IMG/VR virus record: IMGVR_UViG_2837218921_000006
Location: 1 to 64,000 of that record
Source of the DNA: a virus
Taxonomy: Duplodnaviria; Caudoviricetes
Direction: 5' to 3' (one strand)
DNA length: 64,000 nt
This document shows positions 57,652-64,000 of the stretch, piece by piece. Under the pieces are notes generated by a model that searched no databases, was not told the DNA's origin, and was given only the letters and a program-made list of their open reading frames with translations. The position numbers were made by a program, and so were the translations under genes. Numbering within the stretch: the first letter of the stretch is position 1; every line of letters begins with the position of its first letter.

Positions 57652-60382
57652 AACCGGTCGAAATAGAATTCTTGATGAAAGACGGACTGACTCCCGGCTT
57701 GAAAAACGCCGGGAGGATAGTCCGTCAGTTCTCCGATGACGCAGCAGCCGAGTTAAAGGAAGTGTCAGAGTCTCTCAAATTGCAGAGGCAGCACGTCTCG
57801 CGCCTTGAAAAGACTCTCAAGGAATTGGAGAAGGCATCCAAGAGTGCTGCGCCCGGTGCTGAGTGGAGCAAAGCCAAAGCTCGTATCGAGGAAGTCAGGA
57901 AGGAACTCGAAGACGAGAAAGCCGGACTTGCCGAGCTTGTCGATATGGAGAATCAGCTCAAGGCTGCGTCGGAGGGAGCGGATGTCTCCCTCCGGCAGCA
58001 GCTCCGCAATCTCACTCAAGAGATAGCCACACTCATGGTCGCGTATGCCCAACTCAGCGATGAAGAGCGTGCCACAGCCGAGGGAAAGGCTCTGCAACGT
58101 CATATCGAGGAGCTGACCGAACAGGCCGGTGTCTTGAGAGACGCGATGGGCGATACCACTGCGGCCATTAACAACGCAGCTTCCGACACACGAGGCTTCG
58201 ATCAGTTGACGGGAGCCCTTCAGCTTGCCATCGACAGTTTCGGCTTGGCGACCGCCGGAGCCGAGATGTTCGGAGTCAGCCAAGAGGATTTGGTGGAGGC
58301 TCAGACAAAATTACAGGCAGCTCTTGTAGCGAGCAACGCACTCAGTTCCATTCAGAATAACTTGCAGAGGCAGTCTGCACTCATGCAGGGCATCGGAATT
58401 ATTCAGACCAAGGCTGCTACTACTGCCGAAACGATAAAGACTGCCGCGCAGGGTCGCGGGGTTATTGTCACTAAGGCCGCTACAATCGCACAGGCGGCGT
58501 TTAATGCGGTTGCCAAGGCGAATCCTTATGTCTTGCTTGCTATGGCCTGTGTGACGGTCGTAGGGGCTTTGTATGCCTTTGCCAAGGGTAGTAAGGCAGC
58601 TCAGAAAGCAGAGGAAGAGCGTCAGGAACAAATGGAGAAAGCGCGTGAGGAGCAGGAGGAATTTGCCCGGACGGTAGCCACTGCTGCCGGAGAGCAGATT
58701 GCGTCTTTCCTCAAATTGAAACGTGCATGGGAGAACCTTGGAGACAGTTTCGATAAAAAGAAGAAGTTTATAACAGATACCAAGGAGGAATGGCGCAAGC
58801 TCGGTAAAGAGATAGACAACGTCAACGATATGGAGAAGATATTCCGTCAGCATACGAAAGATATGATGACGGCGATCATTCTCCGCGCAGAACTGAAAGC
58901 CTATGAGACCCGTATTCAGAATGTCGCAGACCAGATGGTCGAGAACATTGAAAAGAATAAAACATATAAATATGTTCCGGCGACTACCGAAACAAGATTC
59001 GTAGATCTGACTGAGGCCGAGAAAGCGGCCATCTCCGATCGGGACAGTGCCGGAAACTTTGTAACAGGCGGTCGTGGGGAACGAAATCTCCGAATGGTAA
59101 AAGGAGCCTCTTCATATTGGGCTCTTACTGACGAGGGTGCGCGTATTGTCACTCAGATGCGCAGGGATGCCGGTAATGCTTCGGCTTTGGCCGCTCAGAA
59201 CAATGCCCGGACAAATGCCGAAAGGACTATTCAGGAATATATCGGTGAAATGAATCGACTGGCCGATCAACTTGATGCTACTATGGCAAATATTCCCGGT
59301 ACAAATGTTGATCCGGATGGTGGTAAGCCGGACAAACCCGATAAGCCGGACAAACCCGACAAAGATGATCGTGTCGAGCAGGAACGTCGTGTCGCAGAGG
59401 AACTGCGCAAACTGCGATGGAAAAATCAGCAAGAGGAAATCGACCAACTTGAGGATGGTGCAGAGAAGCGTCGCCGTCAGATTGCCCTTGACTATGAAAA
59501 GCAGATGTCCGAAATACAGGATCAAGAGGATAAGTGGCGAGAGATGCAGAACGGCACGTTGTCGCCGGAGCAAACCGAGGCTATTGCCGAGGCTCGCCGT
59601 CTCGCCAACCAAGGTATGCAGAATGCCATTCGTGAGGTCGAGAATGACGAAGTTGCAAAGAACCGGGAAAAGCTCAATGAGCTGCTTGAGCAGTATAAGG
59701 ACTATGATCAACGCCGCAGGGATATAGAATCATCCTATAAAGCCGATATGGAAACCCTCAATGCTGAACTCGCCCGGCTTGAATCGGAGGGATTGGACAC
59801 CACCGAAATCAAGTCGGCAATATCAGCCCGCGAACAGGCTTACCGTTCCTCTATTTCATCGCTTGAGGGAGAAATATTGCAGGCAAGCGATTTCTATGAC
59901 AAACTGTTCGGCACGGTATCCGACCGAGGATATAAAGTCCTCAAGGATTTCTATGCACAGGCAAAGGAGACTCTTGAGAATGCAAAGGTTGACGGCGACG
60001 GTGTCGAAATAACCATCCCGGTAAAGGATGCCGACGGCAAGTTTGTAAAGAAGGCGGTCAAAATAACAGTCGATGAGTACCGGCGAATGCTCAAGCAGGT
60101 GCAGGAAATCAAGAAGCAGCTTGAAAAGAATAATCCTTTTGCCGCTTTCAGGACTTCATGGTCTGAACTTAACAAAGCCATCAAAGAGGGAGGTGATGTG
60201 TCCGGCGCACTCAAAGACCTCAATGCAAAGGGGAAGGAAGTGACAAGTACCATACGGGGCTGGGGAGAATCCCTCGGCTCAGTGTTTGGTGATAACTTCA
60301 AGAACTCGATGAATGAGATTCTGACCTTCTGCGACGGAGCAATGGATATGGGTACCGGCATCGCGCAGATATGGTCGGGAGA
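57648..60382 (+). pseudogene. Tape measure protein, C-terminally truncated at IS21
   Basis: Long Ala-rich coiled coil, AKANPYVLLA motif; ORF stop at 60404 lies inside the IS inverted repeat. Confidence 0.88.
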
Positions 60383-60494
60383 TGGAAAACCCAGGCTCGG
60401 ATGACCCCTTAGACCAAGGTTGAATTGACCCCTGAAAATATTTTGAATTGACCCCTGAAAACGTTCTGGCCGACGGGGTCAATTTTATTTTGTC

Positions 60495-61280
60495 TTATCG
60501 GCTTTTTATAGCTTTAAGCTTACGGACGCTTTCGCCGGTAAGCGTGATTCGATGAGCAGTGTGGACAATGCGATCGAGTATTGCATCTGCCACTGTGGAG
60601 TCACCGATTGCTTCGTACCAGTCCAGTTCGGGGAGCTGTGATGTCACGATGATTGATTTGCGACCATGGCGGTCTTCGATGATTTCCGTAAGGTGTGCGC
60701 GTTCCTTGGCGTCGAGAGGCACCAGGAAGAGATCGTCGAGGATCAGGAGCTGCGTTTTTTCGAGTTTCTTGAGCTCCGTTTCGATTGTTCCTTTGTTTTT
60801 GGCGATTTTCAGGGTCCCCATCAGTTTGGATGCGTTCGCGTACAGTACGCGCATACCGGCCTTGCATGCCTCGTATCCCAGTGCTGTTGCCAGATAGCTT
60901 TTGCCCGTACCAGAACAGCCTGTGATGAACAGGTTTTCACCTTTACGGATAAAGTCCAGCGATGCGAGACGCTCCATCTGATTACGATCCAGGCCACGCG
61001 GAAGGTTATAGTCAATCTGCGCCACCGACGCGTCATCGTATCTGAAGTTTGCGTTTTTCACCAGGCGCTCAATATTGCGTGCGGCCCTGTAGTCCCATTC
61101 TCTGGATAACAGCCAGTTCAGAAAGCTGTCAGGTGTCATTGTCTCGGCGAATGTGGCCTGAAGACTTTCGGAAAACGCTGCCGACATGCCGTGTAAGCGC
61201 ATACGGTGCATCAGATCCAGAGAGATGGAGTTGCGGTCTTTCTCCGCTGTTATTGGCGTGGTTTTATTGTTCGTTTCCAT
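60495..61280 (-). CDS. istB: IS21 helper ATPase IstB
   Basis: GCSGTGKS, LILDDL, IVTSQ, ILDRIVH. Confidence 0.95.
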   Translation of the reverse strand: METNNKTTPITAEKDRNSISLDLMHRMRLHGMSAAFSESLQATFAETMTPDSFLNWLLSREWDYRAARNIERLVKNANFRYDDASVAQIDYNLPRGLDRNQMERLASLDFIRKGENLFITGCSGTGKSYLATALGYEACKAGMRVLYANASKLMGTLKIAKNKGTIETELKKLEKTQLLILDDLFLVPLDAKERAHLTEIIEDRHGRKSIIVTSQLPELDWYEAIGDSTVADAILDRIVHTAHRITLTGESVRKLKAIKSR

Positions 61281-62811
61281 GTTGTTCGTTGTTGTTGGCT
61301 GATAGTTTTATGCTCGCGGCAAAATATTCTTTACCGCGTATGTTCCGGTGGGATGGTGTCTGACGGTCATTGCCGTCAGCATCAGCCCCCGGCAAATAAT
61401 CTGCATCGGCTCCGGACTCAAGTATGTCCACCATGTCGCTGACACTGTAAAGGCGTGCGTCCATTGCCGCGGCGCATCCTGACACAAGCCGTTTCAGTCC
61501 ATACTTTTTCTCAAGTTTCATGATGCCACGGCAGACTCTGAAGGCAAGTTCCGGATAACGCCTGTCCTCGATGACAGCACGCAGATAGTGCAATACGATG
61601 TTGTCGATCTGTGCAGCGCGTGAAAGCAGTTCCGCAATGTCGCTCTCGCAGCTCCCCTTGCGTCCGGGCAGATTGTGTGACGGTTTCGTTGTATATTCAT
61701 ACGGAGTATCGTTGCGGTGATGCGTCGCCACATGGGTAAAGCCATGAAAGATGTCGATCGTGTCAGTGTCGTAGACCAGTTCCACACGTTTGCCTACATA
61801 TTGCACAGGCACACTGTAGTGATGCTTGTGCAGAGTTACGTAGCTGTTACGCTGTACTGTCGCGACAGCCCGCTGTTTCATCTGATAGCGGTTCGCAGGC
61901 AATGGCCGGAGATTGTCCCGCTCCACAGCCTCAAAGAGCTGACGGCGTGATTCCTTTCGACGCGTCAGATTACGCGCGTTGAACTTCTCCAGAGACCTGA
62001 GGATTGCTTCGTTAAGCGACTCCAGATTATGGAAAATCTGACCTTCAAGGTCTACGTACACAGACCGATACATCAGTTTTACTGCATTTTCCACCAGGGC
62101 CTTGTCCTTTGGATGCCGCACACGGGCAGGCACCACGGCGCAGCCGTAATGCTCGGCAAAGGATTCGAAGTCAGGATTTATGACCGGCTCGTCGCGGCCA
62201 CTGCGCGTGACTGCAGATTTCAGGTTGTCAGGCACAATCGCACATGGTGCGCCGCCGTAGAAACGGATGGCGTTTTCGCAGGCCTTTATCAGATCTTCCT
62301 TCTTCTGCGTCCACACTGCCTCGCAATATGTGTAGTGGCTACATGGAAGTATCGCCACAAACACCTCGACCTTTCGTATCCCGGCTGTTGCCTCATCGAC
62401 TATTTCCAATCTGTCTCCGGCAAAATCGATATACATCTGGTCTCCGGCGCGGTGCTTCACATGCCCGATGGCGTTGGTCTGCAGCATGAACTGCCTGAGT
62501 TTCATCCCGAAAGATGCCTTCAGATAGCCATCGGGATGGCCGGTATGATACTCTTCATACAACTTCTTGACCGTCATGCCCTTTCGAGAAAGTCGCGCCG
62601 CATAATCGGGCAATAGGGCTTCAAGCCAGACCTGCCGCTCCGACGGTTTACGTTCCTTTGCCCCTGGTATGGCAAATAGTTCCTGTAGCCGCGCATCACT
62701 CAGCGACGGCAGCTTCTCAGCGGGTATACCGCTGTCCTGATACATTCTCACATAGCGGCGCACCGTGTTCCGGGATATGTCAAAGGCACTACTGATGCCT
62801 TTTATGCCCAT
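61264..62811 (-). CDS. istA: IS21 transposase IstA (upstream ATG 62856 separated by in-frame stop)
   Basis: YIDFAG, VPDNLK, PKDKALVE, YSVP motifs. Confidence 0.92.
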   Translation of the reverse strand: MGIKGISSAFDISRNTVRRYVRMYQDSGIPAEKLPSLSDARLQELFAIPGAKERKPSERQVWLEALLPDYAARLSRKGMTVKKLYEEYHTGHPDGYLKASFGMKLRQFMLQTNAIGHVKHRAGDQMYIDFAGDRLEIVDEATAGIRKVEVFVAILPCSHYTYCEAVWTQKKEDLIKACENAIRFYGGAPCAIVPDNLKSAVTRSGRDEPVINPDFESFAEHYGCAVVPARVRHPKDKALVENAVKLMYRSVYVDLEGQIFHNLESLNEAILRSLEKFNARNLTRRKESRRQLFEAVERDNLRPLPANRYQMKQRAVATVQRNSYVTLHKHHYSVPVQYVGKRVELVYDTDTIDIFHGFTHVATHHRNDTPYEYTTKPSHNLPGRKGSCESDIAELLSRAAQIDNIVLHYLRAVIEDRRYPELAFRVCRGIMKLEKKYGLKRLVSGCAAAMDARLYSVSDMVDILESGADADYLPGADADGNDRQTPSHRNIRGKEYFAASIKLSANNNEQHGNEQ

Positions 62812-64000
62812 CCCTGATGCGTGACATAGGAGAATATTCTTTTATCTTGTGTTCATGTTTTCTTTGAATTATATCCCCCGTCGGCCAAAACGGAATTCAA
62901 AGATACATATAAAATCCCCTGCTGACATTACGTCGACAGGGGTCATTTTTATATTGGGCAAAAGGGTCAGTGATATTTTGGCTTAAGGGGTCAATTCAAC
63001 CTGGTCTAAGGGGTCATCCGAGCCTGGGTTTTCCATCGGAGAGAGAAGCTTGGAGAAGATTATATAAATTCATTGTGAGGTCTGAATTTAAGATTTTACG
63101 CCGAAACAATACATTGCCACATCTCCGGCGCTTTCGAGCGGTGACAACGGTCTGTAATGACATAGAGGATGCTGTCAGCTTGTTTCATTAAAGCCAACAA
63201 TTGTTGCTGCCAACCAATAGAGGTAAGCAAAAGGCGTAGTTCTCCCATGCCGCTTGTGTTCGCAAAAGCCAACAGCAGTAGCGGTCCACCTTTTTGAGGG
63301 CAGAATACGCTTTGTGTTCGGTTGCAAATCTTTGCAATCGGAACCTTTCTTCTAATGTTACATTGAGGTCACCTTACCCTGTGCTATCCTATTATATAAT
63401 TATGCGCCAGATGCTTGGAACCTACTACATATCTCCTCTACTTAACGCCGCCACTAAATCCAAAAAAATCCGGCGTGTTTTGGCAATATACAGTAATGTC
63501 CGTCAGTACATTATGACGCGCACAGAGCGTCAGTATTTTCAATTCTCAGTAGCCGCTGACTGAGGAATAAGCCCGTTAAGCATCGCTTCCTTACGGCGAG
63601 TTGTTTAGGGCTGGCGGTACAGGCCGCCACCTTACGGCTTCTCATAAGTTCATAGTACATCGGGTGCCTTTTCACCCGACTAAGATAATTACGTGTCGCA
63701 ACGACAATTAGGCATAGCAACGTCAAAGAGCATCATTCCTAATCCGGGCAATATGGTTGAACGTGTCGGACGGATGCTTCTGCCTCGTAGCGTTACATAA
63801 AGATACGAAAAAAATCTCATATCTCCAAAAGAGCACAATCTATAAAGTGGTAATCCTGTATCTCAGCCATCGCTATAAATTGGAGTATAGCCATAGCTTC
63901 CATAAGTGCAACATCAAACAACAACAGCCGGCATCAGCGTAAAGTCGGGTCTTTGCCCGCACGCCGATTATAATCGCGTTAGTAAAGTTTCCGGTTACGA

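Larger units (their letters stand above)
31558..60382. mobile_element. Mu-like transposable prophage with DGR (Hankyphage-like layout), right arm missing
   Basis: TG start with repeated AAAACGAAGCGTTT; repressor, MuA/MuB, gpG/gpF/gp29/gp36-like genes, terminase, capsid, lysis and tail genes. Confidence 0.9.
60383..63035 (-). mobile_element. IS21 family insertion sequence
   Basis: About 50-bp IR TGGAAAACCCAGGCTCGGATGACCCCTTAGACCA.. at both ends, internal TGACCCCT repeats, istA + istB. Confidence 0.95.

Overview
A densely nested mobilome region from a Bacteroidales genome (Bacteroidetes-type TAnnTTTG promoters; order-level assignment is inference). Left to right: (1) 1-~11300, a mobilizable transposon (tyrosine integrase, primase-helicase, CHC2/Toprim primase, MobV relaxase) carrying a Mef-family macrolide efflux gene, with its primase split by a recombinase-in-trio (RIT) element. 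(2) An ISAon1/ISL3-like IS and a host flavodoxin gene. (3) tRNA-Lys(UUU) with a 16-kb integrative mobilizable element (14219-30246, 14-bp att repeat) carrying two start-less Rhs toxin-tip/immunity cassettes, a TetR gene with a structured leader and a GNAT toxin-antitoxin pair. (4) A second integrase at the same att, cut at ~31558 by (5) a Mu-like transposable prophage whose layout resembles the Bacteroides Hankyphage group: repressor switch, tRNA-like RNA, MuA/MuB, Dam methylase, head, lysis and tail genes. The prophage carries a diversity-generating retroelement (promoter, AAY-rich template repeat, RT with a fused C-terminal domain, DUF4376-like gene, no avd) flanked by two antisense structured small-RNA candidates. 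It ends abruptly inside the tape-measure gene at an IS21 element, so no DGR target gene (VR) is visible. No CRISPR array was seen. Family names come from motif recognition only; no searches were run.
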